Of a stretch of 64,000 nt of DNA, positions 51,971 through 63,420 are shown piece by piece (the first letter of the stretch is position 1; each line of letters begins with the position of its first letter). Location: positions 14,250,373-14,314,372 of the forward strand of contig MU053881.1 in the NCBI GenBank assembly GCA_013239625.1. Direction: 5' to 3'. This stretch comes from Lama guanicoe. Taxonomy: Eukaryota. The position numbers and the translations under genes are program-made. A model generated the notes under the pieces. That model was not told where the DNA came from. It worked only from the letters and a program-made list of their open reading frames with translations, and searched no databases.

Positions 51971-53743
51971 AAAAAAAGACATTTTTATCATTTTTAAAAT
52001 TAACTTATGTGCTTATCTTTACTGTTGCTCTTTATTTCTTCATGCTAGTAAGTTACTAATAGCATCTATGTTTTACACCTGAAGAAATCTCTTTAGAATT
52101 GCTTGGCATTCATCAGTTCTCTCAGGTTTTGATTTTCTGGGAATCTGTTAAATTCTCCTTCATTGTGCAGGATAATTTGGTTGTATAAAGAATTCTTTGC
52201 TGGAGAGGTGTCACGATGTTGGAGTAGAGAGACTCACAGCTCACCCTTTCCCACAAATACACCAAGAATTACATCTGTAGACCCATTGAGTCACACAGAA
52301 CACCTACTGAACTGTGGCAGAATGACTCTCACTTCAAAATACAGGAGGATTCCTCACAAAATCCGGTAAGAAAAGAAAAAAGAAAAAAGGAAACTGGTGT
52401 GGGACCAGTCCCGTGCAGAGGGAGCAGCAAAGAAAGAAAAGCGCCCTCACGCTGGGATGGTCTCTCTCCAGCTGGGAGGTCAGCAGGGACAGAAATGGAG
52501 TTTCTAAGGCTCAGAGGAGAAAAAGGCAACCACTTGGCAGACAGAACGGAGGGTCCCTGTGATCCGAAGCCCTGGACACAAGCCTGCAGGGACAAGCCAG
52601 GACTGGCTGCTGGAGATCTGTGATGAGCCGGTGAGGGGGAGGGCAGACCTGGGGCCCACCGCACAAGGCAGCCTCAGGGGACTGGTGGTGGCATTGTGGG
52701 CTCTGGCTGGGGGGTGTGCAAAACAGAACACCCTGGAACCCCCATAGAAAAGCACCACTGCTGGTGTAGACGGAGTTGGGGCGCAAGCAGCCGCGCCCAG
52801 TAGCCGCTGTCTCCTCCTGACGCCATGTTTGGCGTGTTCTCGCGAAAAGAGAGGTGGGACTTGGTCGTAGCCTCGCGGGGGTTGCGTGGAGGCGGGGCTT
52901 AAAGCTGAACCCTTAGCCAGGGGCCCTGCAGCTTCACAGGTGGGATTTGTTTAGAGCCCCAGGCAGAGAGGGTGGATTTACTCCATTGGTGCCTTTGAAA
53001 ACCTGCAACTCTGGGACAGGCAGTGAGCGGAGTTCTGGCGCCCAGAGTGGGTGATTATGGGTATTGACAACAGGCCAGTGTAACTTTGTGAACCGTACTG
53101 TATGCGGAGGCGGGGCTGGGGTCGGCATTGACCCTGTGGTACAGCATAGACTCAGGTGTGTGACTGCACGCTCGCTACAGTGGGTCCTAGCACCTGACAC
53201 TGGCAGAGCTGTGCTGGTGGTTCAGGGGTCCCAGAACCTGGGAACACCAGAGCAGGTGGCCAACATTCCCACAGCTATGGTGGGACAAGCGCAGCGCCAA
53301 CAAAGAGTACTTTGTAAACCCTCATGACAAGTGACAGACAACACCACAGAGGGCACCTCCTGGTAGACATCTCCTGTGGAGGTACACTCGGCGACTTCTT
53401 CCCAGCTAAAGGGCTCCAACCCTGCCCACCACACACTGCAGCTCAGACACAGGTCTAGAAGCCTCTATTCCAGGAACAGGGGAGCCAACCTATCAAGGCT
53501 GTGACAACCACAGAACAAAAAAGGAGGCCCCGCAAAACAACAAGGATCAGGGCAGGCGCCAATCACACCACCAACCACACCCCCAATCAAAGGGATAACA
53601 GCCAACACACATGGAAGAAAGATGTGGCAACCATCCATACTAAGAACAGCCCTCAAAACAAAACTATTAGATTCACACAGTCTACACAGGAATTAGATTT
53701 TTAAAAAAAACTTTAATTTAAACTTTAAATTAAAAACAGCCCT

Positions 53744-54453
53744 AAATTATTTCATTGCTATTAATAGCAGGGTGTATGTATCTTTCTGAATTAATTCTTA
53801 CTTTGTGGTTGGCTTTATTCCTTTGATAACTATGTAAGTTTAAAAAGCTACAGCTCTAAACATTCTTAGAAATAATGAAGAGTTCATATATGTAAATTTA
53901 AGAATATAGGTGCAGTAAAAAAAAAAAAAGAAATGAGCTATCAATCCATGAAAGACCATGGAATAAACTTAGAAGACATATTACTAAATGAAAGAAACCG
54001 GTCTGAAAAGGCTACAAACTGTACAATTCCAACCAAATGACATTCTGGAAAAGGCACAGCTACAAAAACATTAAAAAGATCGTGGTTTCCAGGCATTTGG
54101 GGAGAGGGAGGGAGGAAGGAATGAATAGATGGAGCACATGAGATTTTTAGGGCAATGAAATTATTTTGTGTACTATAGTGGTGGCTACATGTCATTATGT
54201 ATTTGTCAAAACCCATAGAATGTATATCAAGAGTGAACCCTACTGCAAACTATGGACTTTGGTTGATAGTAATATGTCCACGCTGGCTCATCAATTATAC
54301 CTAATATGCCACACTGATGAAGGATGTTGAAGGCAGGAGAGTATATATGTGTGGGTGGGGAGGGCTATGTGTGAACTCTCTGTACTTTCTGCTCAATTCC
54401 ACTGTGAACCTGAAACTGCTCTAGAAAAAAAAGTCTATTAGTAAAAAAAAATT
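53744..54453 (+). mobile_element. Insert of about 190 bp unclassified sequence plus an ancient L1MC-type 3' end, bounded by a probable TSD
   Basis: aagaaatgagctatcaatccatgaaagacc...gtgaacctgaaactgctcta + A-tail, the same family as 60320-60800. Flanks taaaaacagccct / taaaaaagccct. Confidence 0.7.
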
Positions 54454-54744
54454 TAAAAAAGCCCTTCAAGACCACAGTAGATAACTGATACCCCTAAATC
54501 CATAGAGCCAGAGAAACATAAGTAAAATGAAGACACAGAGGAACCACTCCCAATTAAAAGAACAAGAGAAGTCCCCTGAAAGAACGAACAATGAGATATA
54601 CCTCAACTGTCTACTAGCTCATGACTTCAGAAAGAGTTAAAAGCACTGAAGGAAATAAGAGAGACTATGAATAGAGATGCAGAATACTATAAAAAGGAAA
54701 TATAAAGAGGAGACAATTAAAAACATAAAACTAAATAGCTGAAA

Positions 54745-54875
54745 GGGGAGGGTATAGCTCAAATGGTAGAGTGCATGATTAGCATGCACAAGGACCTGGG
54801 TTCAATCCCCAGTACCTCCTCTAAAGGTAAATAAACCTAATTACCTCCCCCACAAAAAAGAAAAATCCCATTAAA
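54745..54875 (+). mobile_element. Camelid tRNA-derived SINE inserted in L1 ORF1
   Basis: ggggagggtatagctcaaatggtagag...ggttcaatccccagtacctcc. TSD aaaactaaatagctga / aaaactcaatggctga. Confidence 0.9.
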
Positions 54876-55999
54876 AAAACTCAATGGCTGAGATAAGAGC
54901 TGAGGAACAAATAAGTGACTTAGAAGACAGGATAACAGAAGTCACCCAATCAAAACAGCAGACAGAAAAGCAAGTAAAAACCAATGAAAACAATATAAGG
55001 GACATATGGGATAATATAAAGCATGCCAACCCAAGCATAATAGGGGTCCCAGAAGGAAAAGAAAGAGCAAAGGGGATTGAAAAGGTATTTGAAGAAATCA
55101 TGACTGAAAACTTTCCAACCCTAAAGAAGGAAACACGTATCCACGTACAGGAAGCACAGAGGGTCCCAAACAAGAAGAACTCAAACAGACCTACATCAAG
55201 ACATATTATAATTAATATGGCCAAAATTAAAGATAAAGACATGATTCTAAAGGCAGCAAGAGAAAAACAGTTAGTTACACGGGAACCCCCATAAGGCTTT
55301 CAGCTGATTTCTCGACACAAACACTGCTGCCCAGGGAGTGGCAAGATATATTCAAAGCCCTGAATGAAACAGCTGCAGCCTAGGATACTCTACCTGGCAA
55401 GAGTATCCTTTAGAGTAGAAGGTGAGAGAAAGGATTTCACAGACAAGCAAAAACTAAGAGTTCAGCAATACTAAACCTGTGCTAAAAGAAATATTGAAAA
55501 GTCTACTCTAAATAGAAAAGAAACAGGAAGCTATAGAGATGAAGAAAACCATAATTGGAAATGTTGTAACTACAATGAGCTGCAAGGGAATAAACATGAA
55601 GATGTAAAAAAAAAAAAAGACATCAAAATCATTAAAGGTGGGAGAGGGGAGCAAGAAAATATAAATTTTTTTCTCTCCTATTTTTTTCTTTTTTTTTCTT
55701 CATTCTTTTTAGGATAGGTTTGAGCCTACATGACTACCTAAAGCAAACAAATATAGTAATAGGTTAACATATCTGAAAAACCACAAAATATGAAAACAAA
55801 GGTACGTGTGTATATGCATGACTGGGACATTGTGCTGTACACCAGAGTCTGACAAATTGTAATTTACTGTACTTAAATTAAAAATAAAAAATAAAAAGAA
55901 CAGGGTAACCGCAAATCAAAAGCATACAATAGAGTCACAAAACCCAAAAAAGAAGCCAAGCTAATACAAAAGAAAATTATCAAACCAAAAAAAGAAAAA

Positions 56000-58400
56000 A
56001 CATGTTTGCTTTCTACATCTGTGAGTCTGTTTCTATTTTGTAAATAAGTTCATTTGTGTGTTTTTTTTGGACCTGGAGATCATCGCTCTAAGTGATGTAA
56101 GCCAGAAAGAGAAAGAAAAATTCCATATGGTAACACTCATATGTGGAATCTAAAAAAGAAAAAAGATGTCTGAAATAATACTTTAGGGCAAATCTGGAAA
56201 TCAGACCTCTACCAGTGCTTTTGTTATGGCTGGATGTTTTGTTTGTAATATTGTTGGCTTGTTTAGTGATTACCTTCTTTGGAAAAAACTCAGGAATGGA
56301 AATGCTGGATCATATATTTGTATTAGAATTTTCTTTAGGAATCTCCATACTGTTTTCCATTAGTGACTGTTCAAATTTACATTCTTATCAGCAGTTCACA
56401 AATATTCTCTTTTCTCCACATTCTCACCAACACTTGTTACTCACTGCATTTTGATAATAGCTTTTCTGACAGCTGTGAGATGGCATCTTATTGTGGTTTT
56501 GATTTGCATTTCCCTGATAATTTGTGATGCTGAGCATCTTTGCATGTATCTGTTAGTCATCTCTGTGTCTTTTTTGAAAAAATACCTATTTGGGTCCTCT
56601 GCCTATTTTTTTAATCAAATTGTTACAAGTTTTTTGATGTTGAGTTGTATGAGTTCTTTGTATGTCTTGATTTTAACCCTTTGTCAGATACATTGTTTGC
56701 AAATATCTTCTCCCATTCATTAGGCAGCCTTTTGTTGATAGTTTCCATCATTGTGCAAAAGTTTTTTAGTTTGATGCAGTCCTATTTTTTACTTTTGTTT
56801 TTGTTTCCTTTGTCCAAGGAAACTTAGCCAAAAAAATTTTGCTATGACTGACATCAAAGAACATACTACTTACTGTTTCTCCTAGGAGGTTTATGGTTTC
56901 ATATCTTACATTCAAGTTTTTAACCCATTTTGAGTTCATTTTCATATATACTGTGAGAAAGTAGTCCAAGTGGATTTTTTTTCGTGTAGCTCTCCAGTTT
57001 TCCCAACACCATTTATTGAAAATGTTCTTCTTCCCACTGTATTTCCTTGTCTTTTTTTCTTCATAGATTAATTGACCATATACAAGTAGGTTTACTTCTG
57101 AGCTCTCTAGTGTGTTTCATTGGCCTATGTGTCTATTTTTGTGCTAGTACCATACTGTTTTGATTAATGTAGCTTTGTAGTATGCCTTGAAAACAGGGAG
57201 CATTAAACCTCCAGCTTGCTTCTTTCTCAAGATTGTTTTGGCTCTTCAGATTTATTAGATATTTTTATAGTTATTGTCTAATTCTGTGAAAAATGCCATA
57301 GGTATTTCAATAGAGATAGCATTGAATCTTTAGATTGCTTTGTGTAGTATAGTCTATTAAAAATGTTAATTCTTCCAATCCATGAGCATAATATGTGATT
57401 CTAATGTTTCTGTCATCTTCAATTTCTTTCATCATAGTCATATTTTTCTGAGTACAGAACTTTTATCTCTTTGTTATATTTATTCTTAGGTATTTTTTAA
57501 TGCAATTGTAAATGGGATTATTTTCTTAATTTATCTTTATGATTTTTCACTCCTAGTTTTATAATGCAACAGATTTCTGTATACTAATTTTGTATCTTAC
57601 AACTTTAGTAAATTTATATTTTAGTTCTAACATTTGAGGGGCATCTTTTGTTAACATGGTCTATCACATTGATTGACTTGTGGATATTTAACCATCCTTG
57701 CATCCATGGTACAAATCCCACTTGATTGTGGTATTCATTTTAATGTATTGTTGAATAAAGTAGACTAATATTTTGTTGGGGATTTTTACATCTATGTTGA
57801 CAAATAATACTTTCCTGTACTTTTCTTTCTATGTGGTGCCTTTGCCTGGTTTTGTTATCTGGGTGATGGTGGCCTCATAGAATGAGTCTGACAGCATTTC
57901 TTCCTCTTCAAATTTTTGGAATAGATAAGGCTACATGTTAACTCTTCTTTATATGATCAGTTTAATTCACTTGAGAAGACATCTGGTTTGCTGGGGATTT
58001 TTAAATTACTGATTCAGTTTCATTACTGGTAATCAGTCTATTCATTTTCTCTCCTGATTCAGTCTTGTAAGATTGTTTATATGTAGGAATTTGTCCATTT
58101 CTCCTAGGTTGTGCAGTGCATTGGTGTATATTTGTTTGTAGTAGTCACTAAGCTCTTTTGTATTTCTGTGGTTTCAGTTGTGTCTTCTAATTTGTCATTT
58201 CTGATTTTATTTATTTTGGCCATCACATTTCTATTCTTAACAAGTCTCACTAAAGCTTTACAAATGTTATCTTTTCAAAGATCCAGCTCTTAGTGTCATT
58301 GATCTTTTCTACTTTTTTAAGTCTCTATTTAATTTATTTCTACTCTGGTCTTTATTATTTCCTTTCTTCCACTAACTTTGGGAGTTGTTTTTTCAGTTGC
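56000..58400 (-). mobile_element. Old antisense L1 ORF2 fragments, with a small sense L1 piece at about 56069-56165
   Basis: ttgtggttttgatttgcatttccctgata...tttgcaaatatcttctccca...cccaacaccatttattgaa...ttcttccaatccatgagca. Confidence 0.9.
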
Positions 58401-58704
58401 TAGATGCCAAAAGGCATTTTTATTTTGCTAGTCAAAGTATAGCAATCTAAAGACTAATTTCTAATTTCTGAGGCTTTTATTGATCCATGATATATGTTGG
58501 AGCATGCAAGTCTCCATCAATTAAAAAAAAAGGATACAAATGCTAGGATCAGGGATTAATAAACTGAAACTGAATTTTACTTGAATACCAAATACATAGT
58601 AATGAATACACTTGATAATGGAAGCAATTTTATCTATGGCTTTTATTTTTCTTTTTGGAATTTGATAGAGTTGTCAAACTATTACACCTTGAAATATTAA
58701 TTAA

Positions 58705-58872
58705 TTAATTTTTAAAAATTGAGTTATAGTCAGTTTACAATGTTGTGTCAATTTCTGGTGTACAGCACAATACTTCAGTCATATAGGACAGACATATATT
58801 CATTTTCAAATTCTTTTTAACCGTAAGTTATTACAGGATATCGAATATAGTTCCCTGTGCTATACAGTATAA
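58705..58872 (-). mobile_element. Lineage-specific L1 3' tail
   Basis: ttgagttatagtcagtttacaatgttgtgtcaatttctggtgtacagc...gttccctgtgctatacag. Confidence 0.85.
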
Positions 58873-58879
58873 ACAAGAT

Positions 58880-60800
58880 AGAAAATAAGCTCCTTGACAT
58901 TGATCTTGATAGTGATTTCCTGACTATGAAATGAAAAGCACAAGCAACAAAAATAAAAGTTAATGAAGGGGACCACATCAAACTAAAAACTTCTGCACAG
59001 TAAAAGAAGCAATCAACAAAAATAATTTAAAAAGGCAACATACAGAATGGGAGAAAACAGCTGCACACCAGATGTATGGTAAGGGGTTAATATCCAAAAT
59101 GTAAAAGGAACTCATACAACTCAATGGCCAAAAAGAGAAACGATCCAATCTTAAAATGAGAAGAGTATTTGAATAGGCATTTTTCCAAAAGTCATAGAAA
59201 TTACCAGCAGGTACATGAAAAGGTGTCCTACATCACTAATCATCAGGGAATTGCAAATCAAAATCATAGTGAGATATCATCTCATTCCTAGAATGGCGAT
59301 TATCAAAAAGACAAGAGATATCAAAGGCTGGTGAGGATGTGGAGAAAACTGTGCACTATGGGTGGGAATGGAAATTGGTGTGGCCACTGTGGAAAATGGC
59401 ATGACGTCTCCTCACAGAATTAAAAACAGAGTTACCAGGGGAGGGTATAGCTCAGTGGTAGAGTACATATTTTGCATGCATGAGGTCCTGGGTTCAATCC
59501 CCAGTATCTCTGTTTTAAAATTTTTTTTTAATAAGTAAATGTAAAGCAAATTTTTTTAAATAGAGCAAACATATGATCCAGCAATCATACTTCTGCGTAT
59601 ATATCCAAAGCAAAAGAAATCACTACCTCTAAGAAAATGAAATCAGCATCCCAAAGAGATATCTGCACTCCTATGTGCACTGCAGCATTATGCACAATAG
59701 CCAAGCCCTGGAAACAACCTAAATGTTCTTTGACCAATGTATGGATAAAGAAAATGTGAAACATACACATATTACAAACATATATACATACATATATAGA
59801 TATAACAAATATGTATATTACAAATACATATATTAACAAAATGTGATATATACATATGAATATTATTCAGCCTTAAAAAGAAGGAAATCCTGCCATTTGA
59901 GACACCATGGATGTACCTTGAGGGCATTATGCTAAGTGAAAGTCAGACAGAGAAAGACAAATATTGCATGATCAATATGATTTATATGGGAAATCTAAAA
60001 ACATGGAACTCGAGTAGAATGGTGGTCGCCAAAAACCAAAGGGTGGGGGAAATGAAGAGAGGTTGGCTAGAGGGTACAAACTTCCAAATATAAGATGAAT
60101 ACGTTCTAGGGAGGTAACATACAGCATGGTGATGATAGTTAAAAACACTGTACTGTATACTTGAAAGTTGCTAAGAGAGGTAACTGTGAGGTGATGGACG
60201 TATTAACTAACTTTATTATGGTAATCATTGTGTAATACATACATGTATCAAATTACCATGTTGTACACCTTAAATTTATACAATGTTATATGTCAGTTAT
60301 ATCTCACTGGAAACATGGATGTGTCTAGTAATATTACTCATAGTTTTCAAAACTTGGAAGCAACCAAGATGTACTTCATTAAGGGAATGGATAAATAAGC
60401 TGTGGTCCATCTGGATAATGGAATCTTACTCAGTGATAAAAAGAAATGAGCTATCAAGCCATGAAAAGACCTCAAAGAACCTAAAATACAGTACTAAGAG
60501 AAGAAGCCAGTCTGAAAAGGCTACACACTGCTATGATACTATAATGATGGATGCACCTCATTATATATTTGTCCAAACCCATAGAACGTACAATGCCAAA
60601 AGTGAACCCTAGGTCTAACTGTAGACTGAGTGATTATGATGTGTCAATGTAGGTTCGTCAATTCTAACAATGTACCACTCTGGTAGAGGAGGTTGATAAA
60701 CTAGCAGGCTATAAATGTGTGGGAGATTGTGATACCTAGGAAATCGCTGTAACTTTCTTTCAATTTTGCTTGCACCTGAAACTGCTCTAATGAAATAAAG
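58880..60800 (+). mobile_element. L1MA-type 3' region (to about 60310) followed by an L1MC-type 3' fragment (about 60320-60800)
   Basis: aaaacttctgcacagtaaaagaagcaatcaac...gaaacaacctaaatg...gtcagttatatctca, then aaagaaatgagctatcaagccatgaaaagac...cctgaaactgctcta. Confidence 0.88.
59438..59557 (+). mobile_element. Camelid tRNA-derived SINE nested in L1
   Basis: ggggagggtatagctcagtggtagag...gaggtcctgggttcaatccccagta. Confidence 0.9.
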
Positions 60801-61046
60801 GGTTGTTTTTTTTTTAAGTTGGCCCGCCATAAAATCTCTTTTCAGTGTGAGAAAATAAAATGTCTTTCTCTAATTTGAAAATGTATTGAAGATTAAAATG
60901 GAGAAAACAATTATAGTTAAGCAGAAATTTACATGCTGTTTCTCCAAAACACTTTGATGATGTTTGAAGAGGCAACACAAGGACTAACTGCCCCTAAATT
61001 GGATGGACATTATGTGTTGGTTGTAACAAAAACTCACACGGCAAAC

Positions 61047-61105
61047 TGACTCAGTTTTTTAAATAAGACTGCTTGGGAATTCAAAAAGTCACCAGAAGGG
61101 GGCAG
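61047..61105 (+). promoter_or_regulatory. AP-1 site (61047-61053) and candidate CTCF site (61092-61105)
   Basis: TGACTCA, and CCAGAAGGGGGCAG in otherwise AT-rich sequence 1.7 kb upstream of the ATP13A1 ATG. Confidence 0.5.
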
Positions 61106-61765
61106 TCAAATTAAATGCGACATTCTCGGTTTCCTTCTTAAATGTAACTATTTGGAATCCAACTCTGATTTCACAATCTCAAACTGCCTCTGTGCTTTAA
61201 AACCATACCCCCTAAAAAAGGGATGTTTAACTTATGATATCCAATGTGCTTCGGAGTGTTCAAAAATGATGAATATTTTGGACACTAAGAGTGGTGTATG
61301 ATGAATTTATAGATGCAAAGACCTGACTGACAAATAGCTGGTCTACAAAACAAACCTGTTTTGGAGACCTCTGAACGAATTCCTACAAGTCAAAAAGCTC
61401 ATTGTTGCTAGTTAGTAAAATTCATGCTGAAAAGCTTTAGATGGGAGAATATTTAGCTTGATGTCATCACACTGGAATGACACCGAGAACCTGAGTAATT
61501 ACGGGCTTGCTCAGAGCAGAGAAGCAAGTCAAAGTGATGTCATCTCAGTATTAACACTACATAAAAGAAAAGAATGTAAAGGTTGCAGTGCATTCAGAGA
61601 AGTGTTACTGGAACAGAAAACTTAAAAGAGTAAAAATATCCTACTGTATAATATGGGACAGAAAGAAATGTCATCTTATTTTTATTAATTATAGAATATT
61701 ATCTAAGTCCTATAGCATTTATGTTCTTTTGCAGTCTTACATACTGTATCTTAAGAATCTTAAGA

Positions 61766-61975
61766 TTAGGAGTTTGGGATTAGGAGATATAAACTACTAT
61801 ATATAAAATAGATCAGCAACAAGGTCTTAAGGTATAGCACAGGGAACTACATTCACTGTCTTAATGTATAATGAAAAAGAATATGAAAAAGAACATATAT
61901 ATATAACTGAATCACTATGCTGTACACCAGAAACTAACACAACATCGTAAATCAACTAAACTTCAGTTTTAAAAA
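61766..61975 (+). mobile_element. Lineage-specific L1 3' tail
   Basis: ggagtttgggattaggagatataaactactatatataaaatagat...gctgtacaccagaaactaacacaacatcgtaaatcaac. Imperfect TSD aagaatcttaaga / aaaaatctgaaga. Confidence 0.85.
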
Positions 61976-62309
61976 ATCTGAAGAATATGGAACAATATAA
62001 CCTACACTTTTTATATCCAACAGAGTTTAAAAAGTAGTTCAAATAAATTGCTGTATCGGAGGACAGAAATATTATAGACATATATAGACACATTTTTCTT
62101 AAGCATATTGTCTGATGTGTTTTCTACTAGTACCTAAGTGCTATAATATTAATTGACACTTGTAGTTTTGTTCAAACAGTAGCATTTACATAACAGAAAA
62201 ATAAATAATACAGAAAAATGCATCATTTCAAATAAACACCAATTTTCCATATTCTTAGGTTAACATAGTTATCTGTGTGTAATTATTATTTATTACATGA
62301 TGCCTCTTG

Positions 62310-63420
62310 TCACGTATGGCTCTCCGGTCTTCGCTCCCTAAGGCCACCAGCCCGGAGCCAAAGACCTCGAAGAAAGGGCCTCTCTCTGGGGCTAGATCGA
62401 CCTGGAACCCCACCCGACCACCACCCCCTCACAAGCCCCGCCGCCTTATCGCTGGTGCTTCTTTGGCCCCGCCTCCTCAGTGTCCAGGCTCCGCCCCTCA
62501 TGACCCCTGCAGAGCCGTCTCCGAGGTGGACTCGCCTCTTCCGGTTTAGGTTGTCATGGTGGCGCCCCGCCCACCTTGCCTCGTCTTTTCCGGTCTCAGT
62601 CCGGCGTGGCAGAGCAGGCAGGCTGCCTTGGCCCTTTTCAAGCCCTCTCTGTCATGGCGGCGCCCTGACTCTTCTTCCGGCCACAGCCTGTCATGGCGGT
62701 GGCCTGAGCAGCCACTCCCAGACCCAGACCTCTACGTTGCCTTGGCTCTTCTTAGTCCCTGCTGCTATGGCGGCGCCCAGGGTTTACCGGAAGTAAGACA
62801 TCGGAAGTGAGCCGGTGCCTCTGCCCGGAAGCGAGCACGGCGCTGGGAAAGATGGCGGCGGCGGCGGCGGCGGGCAATGCGGTGCCTTGCGGGGCTCGGC
62901 CTTGCGGGGCCCGGCCCGCCGGGCAGCCTAAGCCCAAGCCGCAGCCGCGCACTCTCCTTGCCGCCGGGCCGGCGCTCATAGCGAGCGGCGACGAGCTGGT
63001 CGCCGCCGTGTGGCCGTACAGACGGCTAGCGCTGCTGCGGCGCCTCTCGGTGCTGCCGTTCGCGGGGCTGCTCTACCCAGCCTGGCTGGGCGCCGCGGCC
63101 GCCGGCTGCTGGGGCTGGGGCAGCAGCTGGGTGCAGATCCCCGAGGCCGCGCTGCTCGTGCTCGCCACCATCTGCCTCGCGCACGCTCTCACCGTCCTCT
63201 CGGGGCATTGGTCCGTGCACGCGCACTGCGCGCTCACCTGCACCCCGGTAAGTGCGCGCGCACGAGCCTGACCCCCGGCATGGTTGGGTCTCACCGCGGA
63301 TCCCAGCCACTGCGTTCGTGTCCGTCCGCAACCCGGTCTGGTCTCTAATCTGCAGGGCCTGGGTCCCCAGCGGCACCCTCCGCCCTTTAACGCTACCTAA
63401 GTCCTGGCCCCGCTGCTGAC
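62310..63420 (+). promoter_or_regulatory. CpG-island promoter of ATP13A1 with ETS/GABPA, Sp/KLF GC-box and YY1 motifs
   Basis: Abrupt rise in GC and CpG after AT-rich sequence. ETS motifs CCGGAAGT (62787), TCGGAAGT (62801) and CCGGAAGC (62825), several CCCCGCC GC boxes, YY1 motif AAGATGGCGGC overlapping the start codon, and no TATA box. Confidence 0.9.
62852..63247 (+). CDS. ATP13A1: ATP13A1 first coding exon (P5A-type ATPase, ER transmembrane-helix dislocase), N-terminal 132 codons; the gene continues beyond the window
   Basis: Translation [28 protein letters not shown]...[34 protein letters not shown]...[17 protein letters not shown] matches the mammalian ATP13A1 N-terminus as I recall it. 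Kozak context aagATGG, 396 nt (phase 0), followed by the canonical donor GTAAGT at 63248. Confidence 0.96.

Larger units (their letters stand above)
52200..56000 (+). mobile_element. 5' portion of a lineage-specific L1: GC-rich 5'UTR, ORF1 (about 54528-55510, disrupted) and inter-ORF spacer; 3'-truncated and carrying three nested inserts
   Basis: GC/CpG-rich leader at 52200-53690. ORF 54884-55294 EEQISDLEDRITEVTQS...IRDIWDNIKHANPSIIGVPEGKERAKGIEKVFEEIMTENFPTL...QEAQRVPNKKNSNRPTSRHIIINMAK is L1 ORF1p. Confidence 0.9.

Noticed and set aside
60810..61760. Possible decayed KRAB-ZNF remnant (cacactgga, gaatgtaa words) upstream of ATP13A1
   Set aside because: No 84-bp periodicity and no CxxC/HxxxH pattern that I can read in any frame.
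62807..62851. N-terminal extension of ATP13A1 from the ORF-track start at 62807
   Set aside because: That start is GTG, called under a prokaryote-style rule. The conserved protein starts at ATG 62852, and the ORF tail beyond 63247 is intron.
62275..63376. Overlapping ORFs (173, 112 and 116 aa, among others) in the CpG island
   Set aside because: GC-rich, stop-poor sequence or shadow frames of ATP13A1 exon 1, with no recognisable domains.
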